64,000 nucleotides of DNA from Geosiphon pyriformis uo1 (Eukaryota > Fungi > Glomeromycota). Shown one piece after another: positions 1 through 12,438 of this stretch; within the stretch, counting starts at the first letter, position 1, and each line of letters begins with the position of its first letter. The stretch is from assembly GCA_016748015.1 (NCBI GenBank), contig JAAOMT010000057.1:266763-330762 (forward strand). Direction: 5' to 3'. Below the pieces are notes generated by a model. That model did not search any database. It saw only the letters and a program-made list of their open reading frames with translations, and had not been told where the DNA came from. Position numbers and translations under genes: made by a program.

Positions 1-969
1 CCTTTTGGCTGGTGGTAATCTTGTTTCTGGTAATTCTAGGCATTTTGTTCGGGATGTGTTTAGATCTGTTCATCGTGTACATTGAGAAGTCAGTTTTGGC
101 TTCAAGATTCTGACAGGTGATTTGTTATCAGATATTGATTGGTTAAGTTCTTTCTTGGTGTGGCATCTGGACTTGCATATGGCTGCAGGCTTTATAAGCA
201 AATTTTTTGCTGGCTTGTGTACATATTTCATGAAAGCATTATATTATTAGCTGTCTGTTGCTGTTCAGAAGCAACTTTACTCTAGATATTATCCGAGTGT
301 ATTGTGTTTATTCTGTGGTGATGTAAAGGTTTCTAATCATGTTTTCTCTTGCAAAATTGATCTTCCTACCCATTGTCAGTTGTTAAATACTTATGCAGCT
401 TCTTGAGAGCTGCTTTCTGGTCTTTCTTATTCTTCTTCCTGTGTGTCTCAGCTTTTGTCATCTTGTACTTCTAATGTCTCTATATTTACATTCCTTTTCA
501 AAGAGTTTGTCTTTAAAGATTGGTTCTGAGAGGCTATGTCTGTTTTTTATGATCCCAAAATTGCGAGTTGGAAGATTGTAGATTTTGTATGTGCTTTCAG
601 TCTTAGTTTCAAGGATTGCATTTGGTTAGTTCATGCTAAATATCATGCCTTTATGGAAAGGAATAGATTAACTCCACCTGATGGTTTATTTCTTGTTTTG
701 ACTTCTGAATTGTCAGTGGGGTTGTTTGCTGGTGTTATTAGATTGCTTGGTATTGCTAATGCTTTTGGTGTTTACTTTGGTTTTCATAGATTTTGTTCAT
801 TCTTTTCTGGTATTGGTAATAATGTTTCAGTTCACATAGTTGCTTAGTATTGTTTTAATTAGTCTGAATGACTGGTTATGTGTAAAAAAAGCATGATTTG
901 TGCCTAGTTTAGATTAGTTATCTAATGTACTGTATTGGATTTTACTTGTTAAGCATTAATAAAAAAAAA
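1..969 (+). mobile_element. LINE retrotransposon 3' end (copy 1), degenerate: ORF2 C-terminus, 3'UTR, poly(A); continues off the window to the left
   Basis: Translates to WHLDLHMAAG...CLFCGDVKVSNHVFSC...FGVYFGFHRFCSFFSG, matching the ORF2 C-terminus of the other copies. TAG at 845-847, family 3'UTR, A-run 961-969. Confidence 0.9.
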
Positions 970-1880
970 CTGTTTTTTTTAAGATTAATATTAATTTTTA
1001 ATAAATATAATTAATTAAATTAAATAATATAATATATTGTTATGAGTAAGCTTGGTAGAGTATAATATTAATGTTTGGTGTTCTATATTTGAATAAGAAA
1101 GCTTGAGAAGTTTTTTTTGTTTAGTATAAAAAACAGAGTAAAATTATTAATTTTTAAAGATTTTTAATATATATGAATTTATTTATAGAGTTTTTTAGTT
1201 ATAAAATACAGAAATATAGTTTAATTGTTTGTAGTTGAATATATATAAGCTATTTTTTTAAGTTAGTTAAGTGCAGTTGCTAAAATTTAATATTGTCTTT
1301 TTACTTTTTTTAGTAAACTAACAAAATAGAATTAATATCTAAATCTAAGAAAAACTTTTTTTTTTATCAAACTATTATGAAGTTTTTTCTTAGGCAGTCA
1401 ATTTTTTTAATATTGCTACTCTATCAAAAAAAAATGAAAATTTAAAAATGAAAAAAATAAAAATAAAAGAAAAAAAAAATTTATTATTGTCAATTGTTAT
1501 GATCAAGAACAATTAGTAAGGTTCTAAAACTGTTTATGCTAAAAAAATTTGGCCTAAAATAAAAATAAAAAACATAATTAATTTAATTTTAACAACACAA
1601 ATTCTAAGTTTATATACAAATAAATTTAAATAATATTTTTATTTTAATTGTAAATATAAAAATATAGAGAAAATAAAATAAAAAAAATTTATCAATTTTT
1701 AAAGCTACGATATATTTTTTAGGAAATAAATTCTTATTTCTTGTCTGTTTTTTTTTATTTTTTAAAACTACTTATTTTTATATATTTTTTTTGGTTTTAT
1801 AAAATTGCCTTTGATTATTTGTTATTATTAATTATTACTTATTATTTTTGTTGTTGTTTTGTTTTTTTACACTATAACTA

Positions 1881-1990
1881 ATTATTCTATATTATAACTA
1901 GCTATTTTATATTATTGGGTATTATTTTGTATTACTTTGAATTATTATATATTATTTTGTATTATTTTATATTATCATATTTTTTCTATA
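1881..1990. repeat. Degenerate 10-bp-period AT-rich tandem repeat (ATTATTTTRT-like)
   Basis: Consecutive 10-mers attattctat, gctattttat, attattgggt, attattttgt, attactttga, attattatat, attattttgt, attattttat. Confidence 0.5.
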
Positions 1991-2264
1991 TTATTATATT
2001 TTAATTACATTTTTTCAATAATTTTTGAATTGGTTTTTTTATTCCAATAATAACATATATAAAACAATAAATATTATTCAAAAAAACAGTTTTATAATAA
2101 ATATATAAAAACTTTTTAAAAATATTAGAAATTTTTTTTTTTTTACATTTATTGAGTGAAGTCCAAATACTACCTAATGCTATACATCAAATAATTGATC
2201 TAAATTAGGCATGAATCATGCACTTTCTACATGTGACTAGCCATTTAGGCCAATCAGAACAACA

Positions 2265-5200
2265 CTATACACCTATATAAACGGAAACTGCATTTAAAGC
2301 ACCAGAAACAAACAAACTAAAATTACGCAAACCAAATCTAACACCCAATGCATCGTCAATACCCAACAACCTGACAACCCCAGCCAAATACAAGGAAGAC
2401 AGACCAGAAATAGAAACTGGCATAGAACTGTTTCAAGGAATTAACTCATGTTTCTCCATAAAGGCACAATGTTTGATATGGACCAACCAAATCTCATCTC
2501 TAAAAGCTAGGCAAAAATTACGGACAAAGTCTACAATATTTGCACCAACAAGTTTTAGATTACCAAAAACAGAAACCACCTTAAAAAACCAATCATTAAA
2601 AACAAAGTCTTTGCATAGAGCAACACAGACCGTGGTGTCAAAAATGCATGAAGAAAGAGTTCGCAGCACATGAGAGAAAGGGCAATGAAGGCCAGAAATA
2701 CCTTCCCATTTAACTACAAAATTACCAAGCAGCCGATCACGACTAGCAAAGTCAAAATCACAGGAAAAGACATGGTCCGAGTCCTTTACACATCCACAAT
2801 ACAAACAAACCACACTAACTCCTATTATAAAGGCATTTGTAAATGACCACAGGCAGTCTACGATACAGAGCTTTCATAAGTATGTGCACAAACCAGCAGT
2901 CCATTTACTAGTGAAACCAGCAGCCATATGTGAATCAGGATGCCAAACAGAAGAAGACCTGTGCCAATCAATATCACTGAGCAATTTGTCAGTAACAACT
3001 CTGGTACCCAAACCAAAATCCCAACGTGAACAGTGAATGGACCAATAAATGTTATACACAAAATGCCTAGAATTACCCGAAACAGAACTACCACCAGCCA
3101 GGATAAACCACTTATCCAGCTGGAGGGAGGAAGAACAAAATCAGAAAGAGCTGCACAGCCAGCCAGTTCATCAGCCCGGTCATTACCTATAACACCAGAA
3201 TGTCTCTTAACTTTACACCAGCTGACATCCAACCTCTTAGCACAAACAAGATTAGCAATATGACAATGCTCTACCCAACAACTATTCCGAAAATTCGGAT
3301 GCACCAAACCCAATTCCGACCTGCAGACATCTAATGCAGCCTAACTATCCAAAAATAAGCAAACTTTGTTAACTGTAGGAACACACTCGAAAGCGAGTGC
3401 AATAGCTTGCAATTCTGCCAAAGTAAATGACAACAAACCCAAAACTTTAACATCCAAACTCATATTAATATCATCAAAAAAAACTGCTGCACCCAATTTA
3501 ACACTGAGAGTACCCAAACCAGCCAAGAATCTATTGGTATAAACTGAAAGGCTATTAGCATCCAATCCCAATAACCAATTACAAACCAAGTTAAAATCAG
3601 TGGATTCCAAGACATTAGGAGCAAAAGAAATGTCTATCAAACAGTCATGAACAGAAGAAGATGACTCCACACTACCAAGATAACCAACAGAAACACTAAA
3701 CCAATCAGGAATAGGGCCATGCAGATCCAGCTTTTTCCAATGCTTGAAAGTCTTCCAATCAAAAGCAAGACCATTGCGATGATGCAATTGTTCTACAAAG
3801 GCAATTCCATATCACCGAAGTGAGGAAAAACACTTAGAAAATTTCACCTCTCCAAGAACCAAAGACATGGAAATACCATAAGAGAATTGGAATACACTGG
3901 GGCCAAGACTACTAAAAGATAAACTGCAATTGGCAAAAATACAAACCACACCTGCCAGAAAATTGTTCGAGAGATTCAAATTTAAACGAGCCAAGAAGAC
4001 CAAAGGGTGCACAGGACGCCAGCTCAGAGTTTGTAAATCATGAGACTTATGGAGAAACAAACAACCCAGGATTCTAACAGCATTGGCAAAACACATTATG
4101 GACACCAATTTACTCTCAGCCTGAATCTGTTCAAAAGGTTTTAAGCCATAAAAGGAGGGGTGATGAAAAGCATCATTGGGGAAGTCCAAAGAAAGACCTG
4201 CTTTGGATTTGAAGTCTTTACGAATCAAAGCATCCCATTTACAGCAAACACTAAGGGAAACAAAACTAAACTGCATTCTATAACTGACGATGGGGTGAAG
4301 AACCGCTGAAACCAAATATAAGAACTGCTTATTAGAGATGGCTTTCTTCAGGACGAAATTGGTGAAAAACTGGACTTTCAAATGCACCTTGGCCAAACTG
4401 GGCTTTAACAAACCACCCGTAGACAGAAAAATGCCCAAATACCAGTGAGGTTCTTCTTTCTTGGCAATAGAAATAGGTGCACCACTGATTGTCAGAAAGA
4501 GGCTTACAACCCTGCAGTTAATGGGAATAGCCACTGTCTTATCATTGTTTATTGAAATATTATTAATTCTAAAAAATTCACTAGCAACATTGAGAATGTG
4601 TTGTGTTGCAGTCTGACTGCTGCCAACCCAAATTGTATTGTCCACAAAAGCACCAGCAGCAAAGAAAGAGAAAAAACCAGCTTGAGATTCAACACGGCCA
4701 GTCTTAGCAATGAAATGAAAATTCAACCTATATCCACAAAATTCTTCTTGCCTCTTAACTTCACACAAAAGAGAATCATAAAATATACGCCAGAGAAGAG
4801 GTAAGAACACTTCCCCTTGATCGAGACCATCATGGACTTAATAACTATCAGTTAAGCCAAAGTTAGTCATTATTCTGTTGACTCGGTTATTGTGAATGCC
4901 ACCAAAAAATTGAATAAATCTGCCACACATTTTAATCCTAATCAGACTCCTTTTTAAATGCTCCCAGCCAACAGAATTATAAGCCTTCTTCATGTCCTGC
5001 AATACCAACCAAAGCTCACGGTTCTTCTCTAGAACATCCTCGACCACAGAACCGACAGCAAAGATAGGAGACTGTGTCATTATACCTTTCAAAACAGAAA
5101 AATTGTCTCCGCGGAGAATGTTGTGAGTACTGCATGCCAAAGAAATTCTGTCTGAGAGGATTTTTGAAAGGATCTTACAAGTGGTTTCAATCAAAGCAAT

Positions 5201-6951
5201 GGGTTGAGTGTTCGTAAGAACTTCCTTCCACTCATAAGGTTTGGGGATCATAGACACCCAGGCTTCCTTCTAAGGACCAAGAACTGACTCACGGAGCAAA
5301 CAAAAGTTTAAGAGCACCAACAACATATTCAGAACTGATCCGTCACAATGCTTCCAAAGCTTGTTTGAAATACTAGACAAACCAGCAGTCTTATCATTAG
5401 GCAAGTCCGATACAACACCAAACAACTTAACAGAATTAATGGGGTCCATTATTCTCGAAAATGCATCATCAAATACATACTTCAAGGGTTGATACTGGTG
5501 ACACCAATCAGCAGAGACATCAGTGACCAACACACATTTCCTGGTCCAGCCTTCCATAATAACATTTACCTTAGATTTAACTAAACTAGATTCCAAAACC
5601 AGTTCATCATCGGCAACCAAGTGATCCAATACCACCTTGTGAAAGGGGCGCTCCAGCACACTCCTAATTGTATGATCTTTATTCACCTCAAAACTTTCCA
5701 TCCTCCTACTAACTGCTGACCTAATATGAGATTCTTTAGCATGCTTTGACTCGGACAATTTAGAGGAATGATACAACTTCCTAACCTGAACAAAATGGAT
5801 CTTATGACCTCAAAATGTGACTTTGAAAGAAAAAGAGACTCAACCACAGAAGCATTTGTAGTGTCCAATGAGTTCTACGTACCCAATAATGCAACAAATT
5901 TCTCAGAGGAAACCAAACGTGATGTTTTAACTAGCTTAGACACCAAAAGTTCTAACTTGTGAAACTTAGAAGATTCCTTAGTAAACACATTATCATAACC
6001 CTTGAACCATTTTTTTTTGAAAACATCATTTGCTGATAAGCACACAATTTTGCAGATGACATTCCACATAGCATCTAGATCCAGAAACAATAGAGCAGCA
6101 TCAAACTTGCACTTCAACATTGCCATGGTGGCAGTAGAAAATTCCTTGAATGCAGTCCATTTGGCAGTCATAGCATCCTTAAAATTGAACTTCCAATGAT
6201 TCTTATTCACTTGTTTGCAAAGGGACATCAAATTAACATCCAAAAGACCACCCAGGCCCACGAAAACAGTAACAGCCCTATGATCAGTATCAAAATATTT
6301 ATCAACCCCGGTCACACTACAATCTAAGATTGTGTTGACCAAACTTGATAACACAAACACATAATCAATAGTCTTGGCCACTCCTCGAGAATTGGTCCAA
6401 GTCGTATTCTTTCTAAACAAGCTCCCTCCCAAGGCATTGACCAAACCCAAATTAAAACATTTCTTAAAACTAACACACCTGCGAGAGCCATTTTTATTGA
6501 AATCACTGCCCAATATCACAAAAAAGAATTTATTAACAGCTTTAGCAATCAAAAAATTTATCTCATCTGCTTGTGAGAAGCACGCAGATACTGAAGCACC
6601 AGCATACAAACCCAGAATCAATACTGAAAGCCTATTTTTGAAAAGCAGCTTGACAGATAAAAGACGACCAGGAATCTCAAAAACTTTACATACATGTTTT
6701 GCCAGAGCATTGTTCATAATGATTGCCACACCAGAACCAAGGTAACCAGAATCCAAACCAAAAACAAAGACCTGAACACTATCAAATTTATTAGCAATCC
6801 AAGGCTGAACCTTATCTTTTAACTTTGTCTCAATAACAATTGAAACCAAATTGTTCATATCTCTGTGCCAATGTATAATGTCCTCTTGCTTTGCTGAATT
6901 GTTCATTTCCCTGACATTACACGTGACAATTTTCCATACTAAATCATTCAT
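2265..6951 (-). pseudogene. LINE ORF2 pseudogene: APE endonuclease, reverse transcriptase, RNase H, CCHC finger
   Basis: APE: WKIVTCNVR, GSDFN, TIDYVF, DTDHRAV. RT: LQDMKKAYNSV, DQGEVFLPLLW, AFVDNTIW. RNase H: LAELQAIALA, FLDS, KVKRHSGVIGNDRADELA. Finger: CLYCG...DHVFSC. Multiple stops and frameshifts. Confidence 0.93.
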
Positions 6952-8793
6952 TGAGAAACAAAAAAAATTGCAGAACCTGAGCCAGCACATATCTGATCTA
7001 ACTTCTCCAATACCGAACAAACCAAAGCTTCAAGAGCCATCAATTTCAACTCCAAACAGCCCATTTTCGAAGTCAAGATTTTCGAACTACTCAAACCCAA
7101 ACTTGAGACACCAGAGGAAACTGAGGAAAGAGGTAAAACCGCAGACTTAGATTTATCTAAAACCATATCCAAACCAAATTTTACATCAACCAAACCAGGG
7201 ACAATCAAGGACTGAAAGGAGGAGGCAAGAGCCAAGGGGACCAAGTTTAAATTGTCAAGTGTGTCAATAATACCAGACACCTTATCTGTGAGAAGTTCCA
7301 AAGAGTGCTCCAAAGAAGCAAGATGAGTTTCCAAAAATGAACTAACAGGATCCGCAGGAGATGAGTGACCAACCACACCTGAGGCACCAGAAGAAGAGCC
7401 AAGACCAGGACCAGAACCAAAGTGAAAACCATTAGATGAAGATACCAAAGAGACAACCTGGGCCCATGATTTGCCACCAAATGCAGCTGGTCTAGAAATA
7501 GGCACACTTTTTTTTGCATACAACTTGGCCAACTGAAGGCAATTCTCATCAGAGACAACCCTTTTAAATGACTTGGAAAGAGCAAGAGGAGTTAAGGTTA
7601 CAGCATCACACTCCAGCACAGAATAATCAAGTTTCCCATACTGTTCACACCGAACCATGTCCAATCTAACCCAAGACAGTTTCACTCCACCAAAAATAGG
7701 CTTCGTATAAAATGCAGACTCTAATACCTCATCATTCTCAAAACAAACCACAGCACAATGAACCCTATTACCAGTGTCTAAGGATCGATTTATAACACAA
7801 GTTTTCCCACCAGCTCTCACCAAAAGATTGCCAAGATCATGAGCCATTGTTTCCACTGGCAAAGTAAACAAAAGTGCCCTATACCAATCTCTAGATGCCC
7901 ATGTCTCACAATCCCTCACAGCTTTGACCATGCACACTGAATCTTTCCCGATTAAGAATGACCACTTAGCTGCCAACTGATCTGCCTGACTCGATTCGGC
8001 AAACTCCACTACAGCCTTCTGCCACAGCCCAATGAGTTGCAATCAGATTGACACCACTTGACCAAATTCAGATACTGTGGCAACAATCATTTCTTTTGGC
8101 ATATCTATGAGAATTTCCTTGATTACTACAGCCCAATCTGAGTGAATTCCTTGTCTCTTAAGATCGCTGTTTACTATGATGTTATTTTCTTTGGCCAATA
8201 ACACGGTCTTTTCCATGCTTTCTAATAAAGTAAACGTTGATCAGATGATCCCTTCAAATTTTGAGGGGATAGTGGCCCCCCCCCCCAAAACCATTGATTC
8301 CTGAAAATAATTTCCTTATGACTTGAGTTTTAGCCATTGCCAATTTCCCTTCTACAGCCGAAAGATTAATGTCCAAAGTGAATGATTTTTTTACAGCCAC
8401 TTCCACTTGAATTTTAATGATTTTGGGATCCACCCACATCCTATCCAAAGAGAAAGACTTACAGGGAGGAAGGAAAACTTCTTCTTCTTCCTCCATGTCA
8501 TAAATAATAGAGCCAAAAGGGGAGCCAACAGTTGCACTATTATTGAAATGCTTGGCTTGAGGCGTATTCATCTTGGAATCAAGTACTTTTTCACCTTTGG
8601 AAGCTTCTCCATTAATATCCATGCCATTAAACTGCCCGACCACATGACCAGACCCACCACTTTCGAGAGTTGCACCACTACTTGAAAGCTTAGCACCACC
8701 GGGAGGTTTCTTGATTTTATGACCTGAACCACCACCAACCAAACCAGTGGTCGAAATTCTGGTTGACCTTCTCTTAACACTAGGACCACTCAT
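6948..8793 (-). pseudogene. LINE ORF1 pseudogene (RRM-like plus zinc-knuckle nucleic-acid-binding protein)
   Basis: Begins MSGPSVKRRST. Contains QLIGLWQKAVVEF...KWSFLIGKDSV and a degenerate CX2CX4HX4C (CEQYGKLDYSVLEC). Frameshift at the C-run 8276-8287. Ends SQ* overlapping the ORF2 ATG. Confidence 0.88.
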
Positions 8794-9339
8794 AATAGTA
8801 GCTAGACTAACAACAAAAGGGTTTGTTTTTTGTGAAATAGTAGAAGACAGTATATAAAAAACAGAAAAACTTCTTTCAAAATTTTGACTCTTTTTTAAGA
8901 ATTTGGGATGAAGAAGAGAAAGCAGTTTTCCTTTTATAAATTTTATTAGAAATAATATATAATTAAATATATTTTTATTATATAATTAGCTTTTTTATTA
9001 TTTAAAATATTTAAATAATTTTTAATTTTAATTTAATTTATTTTCAAATTTTTTTTATAAAAATTTTATGTTTTTTAATTTAATATTATTTTAAAAATTA
9101 AAATATTTTAATTTTGTTTTATATATATAAATAACTAAATTATTAATTAATAATATAATTATTATTTTTAAAAACATATTTTAAAATAAGTATTAATAAT
9201 ATTAATTTGAAAATTTTTACTTAGATTTTATAATTAATATTTTTAAAAAAACAGTTATATTATTAGTTATAATATTTATTATATTTAATAAAAAGTTAAA
9301 TTTAATATTATAATTGTGCAAACTTTATTAAGAAATATT

Positions 9340-10122
9340 AATTAAATTCAATTTTTTTTAATCTAATATTTAAACTTTTATATAACTATTAGAGATATAA
9401 GTAAAAGTATAATAAATTTGTGTTTTTTTTTATAAATATTTGTTTATTATTATTTATAAATACTTGTATAATAAAAAGTATTTTAGTATTTTGTGTTTAT
9501 ACTATAAAAAAATAGAGTTTTAATTGTTTTTTCTTTTGTAAAACTAATTTTAAATTTATATATGGTATTGTAAAAGTCTATATTAAATATAAATTAGTTA
9601 TTATTATATGTTTTATAATTGTTATTATTATATATATTAAATAATATTTTATATACTGTGTTAATAAAAGTTTTATTTTTAAGAATTAATATAAGAAAAC
9701 TTTTTTTGTCTTTAGAGATTCCAAAATAATTGCTAACAGAATTGTAAATTTTGTGTATAATTTGAAAATTACTTATTATAATAAAATATGATTAATTTAA
9801 TTTAAGTACAAAGTATTTATAAAAAAAATAGTTTAATACTTTGTAATAGTTTTATGTTTTTTGTTATTTAAGATTTCTTATTTTTATTTTTTAATAATAT
9901 TATAATACTGTTTAAAATTGTTAAACATTTTGGTATTTGTTTTAAAATTCATAAATTGTGCTCATTTTTGCAAATGTTAATAATGCTGTTTGTATTATAA
10001 TATTGTTTTAATTAGTCTAAATAACTAGTTATATATAGAAAGTATATGATATATATTTAATTTAGATCATTTAATTTAATGTATTGTATTAAGTTGTGTT
10101 TAAGTCTTATTTATAAAAAAAA
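9340..10122 (+). mobile_element. Hyper-degenerate 'ghost' LINE 3' end within an AT-rich tract
   Basis: 9998-10113 aligns with the family 3'UTR with most C>T/G>A applied (taatattgttttaattagtctaaataactagttatatatagaaagtatatgat...tttagatcatt). Upstream relics of LYNK.Y.S.LCLY (~9460-9505) and FGICF..HKLCSF (~9928-9968). A-tail follows. Confidence 0.7.
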
Positions 10123-10575
10123 TTAATTATATAAAAAAGCTTAAACATTAAATTAAAATGTTAAAATCTTTAAAACAATATTATATTTTTCTAAATAAAT
10201 AACATATTTAATAAAATAATAAAAAATTAAAATTTTAAAACTTAATACTTTTATTTTTTAAAATTTTTTTAATTTGATTTATAAAAACAATACTCAATTT
10301 TTTTAACTATTTAAATATATTTATAAAATACCAATTTATTTTAAAAAATAAATATTAATATTTTTTATAACAAAACTTAAATTTTTAACCAAATTTATTA
10401 TATTTATTAAAAACCAATTAACAAAATTTTTCAAAAAAATAAAACTTCTTTCTCTCTTTCGTCCCAAATTCCTAAAAAAGAGTCAAATTTTGAAAGAAGC
10501 TTTTTTCTGTTTTGCATACTGTCTTCCACTATTTTCCAAAAAACAAACCCCTTTGTTGTTGAACCAGCTGTTACT

Positions 10576-12438
10576 ATAAGTGGGCCTGGAGCTAAGAGAA
10601 AGTTAGCTAGAGTTTCAACCACTGGTTCAGTTGGTGGAGGTTCAACCCAAAAAGTCAGAAAGTTTCTTGGTACTATTAAGTATTCAAGTGCGAATAAGAA
10701 TCTCAAGAATGGTAGGTCTGTTTGTAAGGATGGGCAATTTGTTAGCATAGATATGGATGGAAAAACCTCTGATGGTAAAAGTGCTTCTGACTCCCAAATG
10801 AATACACCCAATGTGAAGCATTTCAATGCTGGTGCAACTATCAGTTCCCCTATCGGCTCTATTGATTATGGCATGAATGATGAGGAGGAAGTTTCTCTTC
10901 CTTCCCATTTGTCTTTCTCTTTGGAGAAGGTGTAGGTGGATCCCAAAATTGTTAAGTCTCAGGTGGAAGTCGCTGTGAAAAAATCGTTCGCATTGGACAT
11001 CAATCTATCTGCTGTGGAGGGAAAATCGGCTATGGCCAAGACTCAGGTTATCAGGAAATTGTTTTCAACAATCAATGGTTTTGGAGGGGCCACTACTCCC
11101 TCAAAATTTGAAGAGATCATCTGATCAACGTTTACTTCATTAGAAAGCATGAAAAAAGCCACATCATTGGCCAGGGAAAATAACATCATTGTAAACAGCA
11201 ATCTTAAGAGACAAGGAATACATTCAGATCGGGCCGTAGTAATTAAGGAAATTCCTATAGACACGCCAAAGGAAATGATTGTCGCTGCAGTATCCAAGTT
11301 TGGAGAAATTAAGTCGATCAAAATTCAGTTGATTGGTTTATGGCAAAAGGCTGTGGTGGAATTCGCCGAATTGGAACAGGCTGTGTCTTTGGCTACTAGG
11401 TGGTCCTTCCTGATTGGTAAAAACTCGGTTCATGTGACTATGGCAGTGGATGACCATGAAACTTGGGTGTCTAGGGACCAGTTCAGGGCACTTTTGTTTA
11501 CTTTGCTAGTGGGGACTACTGCTTATGATCTTGGGGATCTTTTTGAAGGGGCTGGTGGAAAAACTTGTGTCATAAATCAGTCATTGGAGATTGGTAATAG
11601 GGTCCACTGTGCTGTTGTGTGTTTTGATTCTGATGAGGTTTTGGAGTCAGCTTTTTGCACAAAACTAATCCTTGGTGGTATGAAACTCTCATGGGCTAGG
11701 CTGGATTTGGTTCGCTGTGAACGGTGTGGGAAGTTTGGTCATTCTGCCTTGGAATGTGATGCTGAGGTTGCATCAGCTTTTAAATCTTTAAAGTTTTTTA
11801 TAAGACCTACCAACTCTGATACTTGTCTCCAGCTGGCCAAATTGTATGCGAAGAAGAATGTGCCGATCTCTCGTCCTGTTGCCTTTGGTGGCAAATCTTG
11901 GGCTCAAGTGGTCTCAGTTGCTTCAGTTTCTTATGGTTTTCATGCTGGTTCTGGTTCCAGTTCCCTGCCTTCTGGTGATTTGAGTTCAGGTGGGGTACTT
12001 CCCCTTCTACCTGTGGTCAATTTTCTTTTAAGTGCTCGCTTAGCACTTCTGGAACACTCTGTAGAGCTTATGTCTGAACAAATTTTGAATATTCTTTCTC
12101 GTCTTGACAATATTAGTTTGGCACCCTTGGCATCTTCCTCTCAATTGGCTCTTTCTGTGGTAGTTCTTTAGTCCCCAACCTCTGTTCTTCTTGTGATTGC
12201 AAACTCCAACTTGGATTTTGACATGGTGGTTGATAATCTTTTTGTCCAGCCTACTTCTTTCTCTCCAGGTGTTACCAGTTCACTATTGGGTTCGAGTAGT
12301 TCCAAAGTTCTGATTTTTAAAGTTGGTAGTCTGGAATCGAAGCTGGTTGCCCTCGACATTTCCATTGGTTTGATTTTGGCTAAGTTAGATCAGTTATGTG
12401 CTGGCTCGGGTTCTTCAGTTATCTCTTCATCACAATGA
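10576..12438 (+). pseudogene. LINE ORF1 pseudogene (RRM-like plus CCHC knuckle)
   Basis: Start codon reads ATA at 10576, where copy 2 has ATG. One frame with stops at 10933, 11122 and 12169. Contains FGEIKSIKIQLIGLWQKAVVEF and CERCGKFGHSALEC. Confidence 0.9.

Larger units (their letters stand above)
2132..8930 (-). mobile_element. Full-length LINE retrotransposon (copy 2), inactivated
   Basis: 5' motif at 8871-8928, ORF1 8793-6948, ORF2 6951-2265, conserved 3'UTR 2149-2264, poly(T) on + at 2132-2144. Confidence 0.95.

Noticed and set aside
2100-8960. Target-site duplications for the LINE copies
   Set aside because: The flanks are too AT-rich and decayed to tell a TSD from chance matches.
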